Assembly (NCBI GenBank): GCA_034717975.1 | Contig: JAYEMF010000011.1 | Location: 2,903 to 28,370 of the forward strand | Reading direction: 5' to 3' | DNA from: Campylobacterota bacterium | GTDB lineage: Bacteria > Campylobacterota > Campylobacteria > Campylobacterales > Sulfurimonadaceae | DNA length: 25,468 nt | Shown here: positions 1-7,654 of the stretch, one piece after another | How positions within the stretch are numbered: position 1 is the stretch's first letter | Layout: each line of letters opens with the position of its first letter | Made by a program: the position numbers and the translations under genes | The notes under the pieces: model-generated | What the model saw: the letters and a program-made list of their open reading frames with translations, nothing else | The model's database searches: none | Told to the model about the DNA's origin: nothing

Positions 1-446
1 GCATGGTGGTGCGAGTTGTTGTGGCGGCCGAAATCTGACTTGAACTTACCGCCTTTGATGCGAAGACCCGCAGGAAGCGCCGTGGTGGTAAAGTAGGCCT
101 CTTCGATCTCTACACCCTCTTCGGAGAAGTGAAAGACGCCATCAAGGGTAAAGTTTGGATCGACTTCGCTGCTGATACCCAGTTCCGCGTAGTTGAGGTT
201 GAAACCGCTGTCGGCGTTATATCCGGCATGGCTGTGCCCTTCATGATCGTGTCCACCGATAAAACCGTGGGCAATGCCAGGCAGTTCGAGGTGACCAGCT
301 TCGTGGTCGTTAATGTTGCGGTCAACATAGGAGACGTCGACAATCAGCGAGATGTCGGGATTGAGTGCTTTTGCAAGCATGGAGGGCTGTTCCTGTGCAG
401 CGGCGAAAGTCGCCATGGCAGCCAGAATGGTTACGGTTTTTTTCAT
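1..446 (-). CDS. His-rich outer-membrane beta-barrel/porin-like metal uptake protein (family often annotated zinc-regulated outer membrane receptor), 5' part only; runs off the window edge
   Basis: Not in the ORF track. Manual translation from ATG at 446 is open to the edge: MKKTVTILAAMATFAAAQEQPSMLAKALNPDISLIVDVSY...HGFIGGHDHEGHSHAGYNADSGFNLNYAELGISSEVDPNF...EIEEAYFTTTALPAGLRIKGGKFKSDFGRHNNSHHH. It has a Sec signal peptide (AAA-Q), an AGGA SD at 459-456, and NPDISLI / GFNLNYAEL / EEAY / GKF.S.FGR.N..H motifs I recognise from this family. Confidence 0.8.
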   Translation of the reverse strand, partial: MKKTVTILAAMATFAAAQEQPSMLAKALNPDISLIVDVSYVDRNINDHEAGHLELPGIAHGFIGGHDHEGHSHAGYNADSGFNLNYAELGISSEVDPNFTLDGVFHFSEEGVEIEEAYFTTTALPAGLRIKGGKFKSDFGRHNNSHHH

Positions 447-455
447 AATAGTTTA

Positions 456-513
456 TCCTGTTATATAGTTATGGTATTAAAAATTTTAAATTGTAAAGTA
501 GCTATATAGAGGA
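456..513 (-). promoter_or_regulatory. Predicted SD-sequestering mRNA hairpin linking the RAPP leader ORF to the downstream gene
   Basis: On the minus-strand mRNA, UCCU-C-UAUAUAG (513-502) pairs with CUAUAUA-AC-AGGA (468-456). AGGA is the SD 9 nt before the ATG at 446. Confidence 0.6.
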
Positions 514-765
514 AGGGGGTGCGCGGCTATGGTAGAGAGGGGTGGATTGCTGAGTTGCACACTGACTTTGAAGCGGCTCCAGCGTATCTGAAAAGTGCGT
601 AAAGGCCGGTTGGGTGTAGTGATCGGTCGTGATTTTTGACAGATCGTCAACCACACACACCTGACAGCTCTGCGCAGCCTCATCATGATGGTGGTCATGG
701 AAGGAGTGGCCAAGGTGCCCGAACAGTGCAAAAAGAAGAAGGGTGTGTACCAGCCATCGTTTCAT
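502..765 (-). CDS. DUF2946-like (CruR/CutF-like) leader peptide: hydrophobic N-terminus, His cluster, CxxC, C-terminal RAPP
   Basis: 87 aa: MKRWLVHTLLLFALF (signal-like), HLGHSFHDHHH, CQVC, ending HSRAPPSSI. It sits 55 nt upstream of the outer-membrane protein gene on the same strand. Confidence 0.8.
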   Translation of the reverse strand: MKRWLVHTLLLFALFGHLGHSFHDHHHDEAAQSCQVCVVDDLSKITTDHYTQPAFTHFSDTLEPLQSQCATQQSTPLYHSRAPPSSI

Positions 766-819
766 AACTGGAATAATAGTGATAAGTTGATTAATATTAA
801 ATTATAAGTTGGACTTAGA

Positions 820-825
820 TAAAAT
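820..825 (+). promoter_or_regulatory. Candidate sigma70 -10 box for purH
   Basis: TAAAAT about 30 nt upstream of the ATG at 855, followed by an AGGAG SD. Confidence 0.45.
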
Positions 826-854
826 TGCGCCATTAATATGAGTCAGGAGAACAC

Positions 855-2390
855 ATGAAACGCGCTTTACTGAGTGTCAGTGACAAGAGTAATATTGTCG
901 AATTTGCCAAGTCATTGGTTGGGAACGGTTTTGAGATTATCTCAACGGGCGGTACGTTTAAGATGTTGAAAGAAGCCGGTATCGCAGCCATTGAGATCGA
1001 TGAGATCACAAAATTTCCGGAGTGTTTTGAAGGTAGGGTCAAGACTTTAAATCCTTTCGTGCATGGCGGGATTCTTCACCGTCGTGACAAGCAATCTCAC
1101 CTTGACCAGGCAAAAGAGCTTGGTGTTGAGGCGATCGATCTGGTCTGTGTCAACCTCTACCCGTTCAAAGCGACGATCGAACGTACGGATGATTTTGAAG
1201 ATATCATTGAAAACATCGATATCGGCGGACCGGCGATGGTGCGTTCTGCCGCCAAGAACTTTGACAGTGTAATGATCGTAACCGATGTCAGTGACTACTC
1301 ACTTGTCCTTAATGCGATTGAAAACGATGCCAACAGCGTTGAGTTCCGCCGTGACCTGATGATCAAAGCGTATGAGCATACAGCAGCCTATGACAGCATG
1401 ATCGCCAACTACATGAACAGCCGTTTCAACAAAGGTTTTGGTGCGAAACAGTTCATTGTAGGTTCCAAAGTGATGGATACCCGTTATGGTGAAAACCCAC
1501 ATCAAGACGGAGCACTTTACGAGTTTGACAGCTACTTCTCTAAAAACTTTACAACCCTAAAAGGTGAGGCAAGTTTCAACAATCTCAATGATATCAACGG
1601 TGCAGTCAAGATCGCTGCAGGTTTTGGAGACGAGGGTGCCGTATGTATCTCTAAGCATGGTAACCCTTGTGGTTTTGCCATCCGTGAAAACCTGACTGAA
1701 GCCTATGTTGAAGCCCTTAAATGTGACTCGGTATCTGCTTTTGGCGGTGTAGTCGCTGTCAATGGTATTGTAGATGTTGAACTGGCTGAGAAAATGAATG
1801 AGATCTTTTTGGAAGTTGTGATCGCCGGACGGATTACCGCTGAGGCACAAGCCGTCTTTGAAAAGAAAAAACGTATCAAACTGTTTGAGTACGGTGCCGA
1901 TACGATCGTACTTTCAAACGACACAAAAGATTTCAAACATATCGACGGCGGTTTTGTCTACCAGGATGCGGATGTTGTCGCTGCCGATGAAGTGAAAAAC
2001 TCTGAACTGAAAACAGAGCGTGAAGCAACCGTCCAAGAGCTCAAAGATGCGGAGATTGCCTGGAAAGTCGCTTCATTGACAAAATCAAACTGTGTAGTCT
2101 ATGTAAAAAATTCTGCAATGGTGGCTGTGGGTATGGGAATGACTTCCCGTGTTGATGCCGCGCAGTGTGCGTTGAAAAAAGCAAAAGATATGGGCCTGGA
2201 TGTTGAGGGTGCCGCACTGGCTTCAGAAGCATTCTTCCCGTTTAGAGACTCTATTGACGCGGCTGCCGAAGCAGGCGTTAAAACGGTCATCGAGCCTGGC
2301 GGTTCGATCCGTGATGATGAGGTCATCGAAGCGGCCAATGAACACGGCATGGCGCTTTACTTCTCCGGTATTCGCCACTTTTTACACTAA
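855..2390 (+). CDS. purH: Bifunctional AICAR transformylase/IMP cyclohydrolase
   Basis: [69 protein letters not shown]-terminal RHFLH. Confidence 0.98.
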   Translation: MKRALLSVSDKSNIVEFAKSLVGNGFEIISTGGTFKMLKEAGIAAIEIDEITKFPECFEGRVKTLNPFVHGGILHRRDKQSHLDQAKELGVEAIDLVCVNLYPFKATIERTDDFEDIIENIDIGGPAMVRSAAKNFDSVMIVTDVSDYSLVLNAIENDANSVEFRRDLMIKAYEHTAAYDSMIANYMNSRFNKGFGAKQFIVGSKVMDTRYGENPHQDGALYEFDSYFSKNFTTLKGEASFNNLNDINGAVKIAAGFGDEGAVCISKHGNPCGFAIRENLTEAYVEALKCDSVSAFGGVVAVNGIVDVELAEKMNEIFLEVVIAGRITAEAQAVFEKKKRIKLFEYGADTIVLSNDTKDFKHIDGGFVYQDADVVAADEVKNSELKTEREATVQELKDAEIAWKVASLTKSNCVVYVKNSAMVAVGMGMTSRVDAAQCALKKAKDMGLDVEGAALASEAFFPFRDSIDAAAEAGVKTVIEPGGSIRDDEVIEAANEHGMALYFSGIRHFLH

Positions 2391-2392
2391 GT

Positions 2393-2486
2393 CTTAACTT
2401 TTGCATATACTGTCATCCTGAACTTGATTCAGGATCCAGGTGACGGCTACATTCAAATTAGATTCTGAATCAAGTTCAGAATGACG
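2393..2486. repeat. Inverted pair of (C/T)GTC-tagged REP-like palindromes, preceded by a degenerate copy of the MITE end seen at 20619
   Basis: GTCATCCTGAACTTGATTCAGGATC (2412-2436) and GATTCTGAATCAAGTTCAGAATGAC (2461-2485) are inverted copies with 2 differences, and each is itself an 8-bp stem with a 5-nt loop. CTTAACTTTTGCATATAC (2393-2410) matches CTTAACTTTCGCACATAG (20619-20636) at 15/18. Confidence 0.8.
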
Positions 2487-2575
2487 AAATATATTAGCTC
2501 CATGTTCCTTGAGTTATGTCAATATCCTTCCTTTCAATCTATGTTACTATCCTACAATTTTTTCAAAGGCTGACA

Positions 2576-3187
2576 ATGAACTATCCGGATTTTTTCAATA
2601 AGGTAAAAACTATTAGGATGATAGACCCGCTTTCTGCTGTTTTAGGGACATTTGAAGGGGGTGAAGTCGAGTTCACCTATCTCGATGTCGTCAAAGCTGC
2701 CGGGCATAGCTGTCCAACAGTTGGCGGGGCTTATCTGATGACAGTGAAGGCACTCGAAGCACTCTATCCCGATACGCTGCCGGTTCGCGGCATGGTCAAA
2801 GTGGCATTTAAAGAGCCGCTGGAAGAGGGAGTCGCGGGTGTGATCGGCAATGTGATCTCTCAGGTTACGGGAGCTACCGATAAAAGCGGTTTTAAAGGTC
2901 TAGGCGGTAACTTTGCCAGACATTCACTGATGGGCTTTGGGGAGAACATTGGTTCAAGTGCACGCTTTACGAGAGTAGATACCGGTGCGTGTGTCGATGT
3001 CCATTATAACCCGAGTCAGATCCCGGGCAACCCCAATCAGCAGCCCTTAATGCAGAAGATCATGCAGGGTGTTGCCACAAATGAAGATAAAAAAGCATTT
3101 GGAACAATGTGGCAGGAGCGTGTTGGCCGGATACTCATCGATCATGTTGATGATGAGACGATGATCCGCGTCGAAGCCTGCAGTTAA
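2576..3187 (+). CDS. FmdE-family-like protein (formylmethanofuran dehydrogenase subunit E-like domain)
   Basis: GHSCPTVGGAYL matches the H-x-C-P motif of FmdE-like proteins. Start moved from 2516 to the ATG at 2576 because an AAGG SD precedes it. Confidence 0.65.
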   Translation: MNYPDFFNKVKTIRMIDPLSAVLGTFEGGEVEFTYLDVVKAAGHSCPTVGGAYLMTVKALEALYPDTLPVRGMVKVAFKEPLEEGVAGVIGNVISQVTGATDKSGFKGLGGNFARHSLMGFGENIGSSARFTRVDTGACVDVHYNPSQIPGNPNQQPLMQKIMQGVATNEDKKAFGTMWQERVGRILIDHVDDETMIRVEACS

Positions 3188-4056
3188 CGCAAGGTCAGTG
3201 CCGGAAAATAGGTGTGAAGAAGGAGAGAACCTTCGGCACCTAACTGACGGAAAAACTTCTCAAACTTGTCTTCTTTGTTCCAGGTAGCCGCCTCTACACC
3301 GCTTAACTTCTCAACCCGTTTTTTAGCGTCATAGCCTACTGCTACGTTATCAATCAGACCTGCCTCTTTGGCCTGCGCTGCCGTAAAGATATGGGCATTG
3401 GCATAGTGGGCACTCTTCTCAGGGTCAAGTTTGCGTGCGGAAGCTACATCATTGACGAACATCGTATAGGTTCCCTGGATCACTTTGTTCAGTTCATTAC
3501 GTTCATAAGGTGTCCATTCGCGATCAGCCGTACCGACCTGTTTATAGCGTCCTGCTTTGACAACCTGGGTCTTGACACCTATTTTATCCATCAGCTCACT
3601 TAGGTTTGCCCCTTGCATGATCACCCCGATAGAGCCTACCATCGCACCGGGATTGGCAATGATCTCATCGGCCCAGATAGCGGCATAGTAACCCCCGCTT
3701 GCAAGCATTCCACTGCTATAGACGATAACCGGTTTTTTTGCTTGCAGACGTTTGATGGCGTAGGCAATTTCGATTGATGGTGCAACGGCACCGCCTGGTG
3801 AGTCAAGGTCGACCAGTACCCCTTTGATGTGGCTGTTTTCACGGGCAGCATCGAGCTCTTCGACTGTTTTGGTGGCATCAAAGATCGGACCTTTCAGTGT
3901 GATCTGCTGCAGGTTGTTCGGTTTAAACCCTTCATCCTCTCCGGGGGCGAAGATGAGGAAGAGGATGAGCAGAAAGATCATCGCTTTGAAGTGGTTTTGA
4001 ATAAACCCGAGGGTAGCTGTGATTGGTGAAAAGAGCTTTTTTATAAAATCTAGCAA
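3184..4056 (-). CDS. sppA: Signal peptide peptidase SppA (S49 family, short form)
   Basis: N-terminal TM segment, LDSPGG, ASGGYY, GSIGVI, KAGRYK. TTG start with an AAGGA SD, overlapping the stop of the upstream gene. Confidence 0.93.
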   Translation of the reverse strand: MLDFIKKLFSPITATLGFIQNHFKAMIFLLILFLIFAPGEDEGFKPNNLQQITLKGPIFDATKTVEELDAARENSHIKGVLVDLDSPGGAVAPSIEIAYAIKRLQAKKPVIVYSSGMLASGGYYAAIWADEIIANPGAMVGSIGVIMQGANLSELMDKIGVKTQVVKAGRYKQVGTADREWTPYERNELNKVIQGTYTMFVNDVASARKLDPEKSAHYANAHIFTAAQAKEAGLIDNVAVGYDAKKRVEKLSGVEAATWNKEDKFEKFFRQLGAEGSLLLHTYFPALTLR

Positions 4057-5276
4057 GTGGTATCCTTTACTTTATTCCCATTGATATGGACGGATTGCAG
4101 CGGATAGCTGTGGAGTAGCAGATGAAGCGGAAGCTGCTCATCGGGTTCACTGTCAAGTTGCATGACCAGCATATCGGCAGCTTTCCCTGTTTCAATCGCA
4201 CCGGTATTGAGTCCGAGGGCTTTGGCAGCATCGACAGTGACACTTTTCAACAGCCGTTTGGCCAGTGGCAGCAGCGCCGTTTCAGAGTGCATAAAGAGAG
4301 CGATTTTCATCTCTTCAAAGAGATCGAGCTTGTAGTTGGAACTGAGCCCGTCCGTTCCGCAGAGCCATGGCACATTATGCGTTTCGAGGGCATCGAGATC
4401 GATGGCGCCGTTACCCAGCAGACGATTGGAAACAGGGCAGTGGATGACGGTATGGCCGTGTTTTGCAAGGTTCTTGAGCTCTTCATCATTGGCATGAACG
4501 ACATGGGTCATCAGTGTTGGATGGTCATCAAAGAGTCCTAGAAATTCTTCAGCGGTAGTGACGGCACGATCCTGCTTTAAAAAACCGGTGAAAAAGGGTT
4601 TGAAATCCCCTTCGTTTTTATCTAGCCATTCACGTTCGGCCGGACTCTCCATAAAGTGTGCACTCAGCGGCAGATTTTTCTCTTTGGCCAGTTGCAGGGC
4701 ACGTTTGACAAGGATGGGGTGAACAGAGTAGGGCGAATGGATGGCAATGGCCGGATAAAATCCTTCGCGTGTCACCTCTTCAGAGGCGTCAAGACGCTGA
4801 ACAAAGTCACCAAAGAGTGCGTCAGCCATCGTTGCCTGTGAACCGATAACCTCATTAAAAAAGACTACATTTTGCGGAGCGTTTTCAGCTGCCTTAAGGT
4901 CCATCCCGTGTGAGCTGACGGCACCAAAGGTGGTGATCCCTGAGTCCAGCATCATCATGACGGCTTTTTCCATACATGCCTGATCGCAGTCATTGATCAG
5001 TGCTTCGCGGTGTTCGATGACACTGTGAAGCCAGGGCATAAAGCCACCATAAGTCAGCGTCGTTTTGTTGGCACTGAACTCCAGATGGATATGCGGATTG
5101 ATCAGGCCCGGCATGATAAGTGAGTGTTCGGGGAGTGTCTCCACTGTTGCATCAGGATAGGTTTTGATCAGTTCATCGAGCGGGGCAATGGCCTGAATTG
5201 TTTTATCGTAGGCGATCGCCTGCTGTTTTAGCAGGGCTGTCGGTGTCAGAATATAGTTGGCTTTAATGATTTTCAA
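4050..5276 (-). CDS. Metal-dependent amidohydrolase, aminofutalosine deaminase (MqnF-like) family
   Basis: PGLINPHIHLEF, HSPYSV, HFMES, HCPVSN and GTDGLSSN amidohydrolase motifs. Its position between aroQ and sppA matches Campylobacter synteny. TTG start. Confidence 0.8.
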   Translation of the reverse strand: MKIIKANYILTPTALLKQQAIAYDKTIQAIAPLDELIKTYPDATVETLPEHSLIMPGLINPHIHLEFSANKTTLTYGGFMPWLHSVIEHREALINDCDQACMEKAVMMMLDSGITTFGAVSSHGMDLKAAENAPQNVVFFNEVIGSQATMADALFGDFVQRLDASEEVTREGFYPAIAIHSPYSVHPILVKRALQLAKEKNLPLSAHFMESPAEREWLDKNEGDFKPFFTGFLKQDRAVTTAEEFLGLFDDHPTLMTHVVHANDEELKNLAKHGHTVIHCPVSNRLLGNGAIDLDALETHNVPWLCGTDGLSSNYKLDLFEEMKIALFMHSETALLPLAKRLLKSVTVDAAKALGLNTGAIETGKAADMLVMQLDSEPDEQLPLHLLLHSYPLQSVHINGNKVKDTTC

Positions 5277-5392
5277 ACAAATATCTTTATCTGGAATACG
5301 TTTTAGAAGGTGATTATGCTTTATTCGGATGAAAAAGATGCTTAAGTCAAACTCAGTTATACACTTTTAGCTCTTTGCAATGATAAACCATT

Positions 5393-5398
5393 TATAAT
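5393..5398 (+). promoter_or_regulatory. Candidate sigma70 -10 box for the aroQ-folK-flhF operon
   Basis: Perfect TATAAT about 30 nt before the aroQ ATG. Confidence 0.5.
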
Positions 5399-5429
5399 AT
5401 CTTCACAAAAATTGCATACAAGGTACAGA

Positions 5430-5909
5430 ATGAAAGTAGTAGTCATCCAGGGTCCAAATCTCAATATGTTAGGTGTTCGTGAACAGCAGGTCTATGGACC
5501 GATGAAGCTGGAGCAGATCCATGCTCAGATGAAAGATTTTGGTGAACAAAACGGTCTTGAAGTTGAATTTTTTCAAAGCAATCTCGAGGGTGAGATCGTA
5601 GATAAGGTACAAGAGTGTTACGGTGAGGCAAACGGTATCATCATCAACCCTGCAGCATATACGCACACATCGATCGCGATCCGTGATGCGATTTCAGCTG
5701 TGAATCTTCCGACCATTGAAGTACATATCAGCAATATCTATCGTCGTGAAGAGTTCCGCCAGAAGAGCATGATCGCTCCGGTATGCGCCTCTTCACTGGT
5801 TGGTTTCGGACCGTTTGGTTATCACTTGGCGATGGTAGGCATGCTGCAGATCATGAACGAGATCAAAGCCGCTCAGGAAATGCAACAAGCGCAGCAGGCA
5901 CAGGCATAA
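5430..5909 (+). CDS. aroQ: Type II 3-dehydroquinate dehydratase
   Basis: [51 protein letters not shown] at 5430 follows an AAGG SD. Confidence 0.97.
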   Translation: MKVVVIQGPNLNMLGVREQQVYGPMKLEQIHAQMKDFGEQNGLEVEFFQSNLEGEIVDKVQECYGEANGIIINPAAYTHTSIAIRDAISAVNLPTIEVHISNIYRREEFRQKSMIAPVCASSLVGFGPFGYHLAMVGMLQIMNEIKAAQEMQQAQQAQA

Positions 5910-6404
5910 ATGGCACTAAAGCGTGAACTGAATGCTCAGTTGACGCTTTACATGGATGAGAGCTTTCCATCTACCGGTTTCGGACAGCAGAGCCTTCGTT
6001 ATGAGGCCGTTGTCGGGATCGGAGGAAATGTAGGTGATGTAAGACGGCGTTTTCGCCACCTTCTAGTCAGGTTACAGCGTGAAGCGGGTGTCCGTCTTCT
6101 TGCGACAGGGCCGATTTTAAAAAATCCGCCCTTTGGTTATCTGGAACAGGATGATTTTTATAATTCTGTTCTGCTGCTTTCCACCTCGATGCAGCCAAGA
6201 GCGTTTTTGCGCTTTTTGCTGCGTTTAGAGAAGAAATTTGGTCGTCGACGCAGTTTTGCAAACGCACCTAGAACACTGGATCTGGATATTCTCTTTTTTG
6301 ACGATCGCGTCATTCAAAAACCGGATCTTATCGTGCCGCATCCGCATTGGCACAAGAGGGAGAGTGTGGTGATTCCACTAGCATATCTTGGGAAAAAACG
6401 ATGA
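5910..6404 (+). CDS. folK: 2-amino-4-hydroxy-6-hydroxymethyldihydropteridine diphosphokinase
   Basis: GIGGNVGD, QDDFYNSV, PRTLDLDIL, LIVPHP..HKRESV..PL. Confidence 0.95.
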   Translation: MALKRELNAQLTLYMDESFPSTGFGQQSLRYEAVVGIGGNVGDVRRRFRHLLVRLQREAGVRLLATGPILKNPPFGYLEQDDFYNSVLLLSTSMQPRAFLRFLLRLEKKFGRRRSFANAPRTLDLDILFFDDRVIQKPDLIVPHPHWHKRESVVIPLAYLGKKR

Positions 6405-7654
6405 AAATCTTGACATTTAGCGGTTCAACACCGGCGGAAGCCCTGCACAAAGCGCAGCTCGAAGTGGGTGAAGATGCTATGCTGATCGAGACACGTGAAC
6501 TGCAGAAAAAAGCCCTTGGTAAAACAGCGCTCTATGAGATCGTCGTCGGAATCGATGAAGATAGGATCAAACCGGTCAAACAGGTACAGCCACCACTTCA
6601 GTCTCAGCAGCCATTGACAGAGAAGAGCAGCGACGTACTCTACAACATCTCCGAAGCGGCTAAACAGATATCCCGGATTGCGGAGGTCACGGAGGGCGAG
6701 ACCACTGCATCAGTAACAGTGGGAAGTGAACCTAAAGAGCTCAAACAGATCCGACAGGAGATCAGCAGCCTCGGTGACAAGGTAAAGCTTATTCAGAACA
6801 TGTTCTGGGACGAGCGTGCGCCTGACATGGAGGCGGTGATTCCTCCGGAGTTTGCCGAGATCTATCGGCTCTCTGCTCAAAGCGGCATGAAAAAAGAGCA
6901 TCTTGACGGGATTATGAAACTTACCCTGGAGCATATGCCCCTTAAAATGCGTGAAAATTCCGAATCGGTCAAACGCTACTTTCAGACGCTGCTTCGCAAG
7001 ATGATCCCGGTACGCCGTGAAACGCTTCCTGTCAGCGGAAGCAAGCGGGTGCTCATGCTGGTAGGTCCGACCGGCGTTGGCAAGACAACATCGATTGCCA
7101 AACTGGCGGCACGCTACTCCTACCTGCTGGAAAAAAACTATAAAGTCGGTCTGATCGTTCTCGATACCTATCGCATCGGTGCGGTGGAGCAGCTGATGCA
7201 GTATGCCAGAATGATGAAGCTGGGGATTGAAACAGTCGTTGACCCCCCGGAGTTTGCAAGCGCCCTTAAGGCTCTGCACTATTGTGACTATATCCTGATC
7301 GATACGATGGGCTCTTCGCCGTATGACAAAGAGAAGATCGAAAAGATATACGCCTGTTTGCAAGCAGAAGCCGATCTCGATATCGATGTTGTTCTGGTAA
7401 TGCCTAGTTCGATCAAGTTTGAAGATCTTCATGCAACGTATGAGAATTTTTCGACCTTGGGTATCGATACGATGATGTTTACCAAGCTGGATGAGACGCG
7501 TGGTTTTGGCAATATCTTCTCACTGGCGTATGAGACCAACAAGCCGATCAGTTACTTTTCAGTTGGCCAGGAAGTACCTGAAGACCTGGTAACAGCCAGC
7601 AGTGATTTTTTGATTGATTGTCTGCTTAACGGTTTCGATCGGAGCAGAGCATAA
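6401..7654 (+). CDS. flhF: Flagellar biosynthesis SRP-family GTPase FlhF
   Basis: MKILTFSG start at an ATGA overlap with the folK stop; GPTGVGKTTSIAKLAA, DTYRIGAVEQL, DTMG, TKLDET, GQEVPEDL. Confidence 0.97.
   Translation: MKILTFSGSTPAEALHKAQLEVGEDAMLIETRELQKKALGKTALYEIVVGIDEDRIKPVKQVQPPLQSQQPLTEKSSDVLYNISEAAKQISRIAEVTEGETTASVTVGSEPKELKQIRQEISSLGDKVKLIQNMFWDERAPDMEAVIPPEFAEIYRLSAQSGMKKEHLDGIMKLTLEHMPLKMRENSESVKRYFQTLLRKMIPVRRETLPVSGSKRVLMLVGPTGVGKTTSIAKLAARYSYLLEKNYKVGLIVLDTYRIGAVEQLMQYARMMKLGIETVVDPPEFASALKALHYCDYILIDTMGSSPYDKEKIEKIYACLQAEADLDIDVVLVMPSSIKFEDLHATYENFSTLGIDTMMFTKLDETRGFGNIFSLAYETNKPISYFSVGQEVPEDLVTASSDFLIDCLLNGFDRSRA

Noticed and set aside
110..731. ORF-track entries 110-343(-), 129-509(+) and 486-731(-)
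   Set aside because: Antisense or off-frame shadows of the porin-like gene (1-446) and the RAPP leader (502-765), which have recognisable motifs.
2412..2486. Possible CRISPR repeat, attC site or tRNA interpretation of the palindromic repeats (also 20619-20750)
   Set aside because: Units are inverted pairs rather than direct repeats with spacers. There are no cas or integrase genes, no attC RYYYAAC/GTTRRRY cassette context, and no cloverleaf.
5866..5909. Gln/Ala-rich tail of AroQ
   Set aside because: Short low-complexity tail with no phase-variable tract; no functional inference is supportable.
6710..7432. Long antisense ORFs such as 6710-7432, 11768-12367, 12988-13518, 15051-15881, 19965-20555 and 25146-25457
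   Set aside because: They lie opposite well-supported genes (flhF, LOG, mnmA, lepA, the hypothetical, dnaK), have no motifs and are explained by codon bias.
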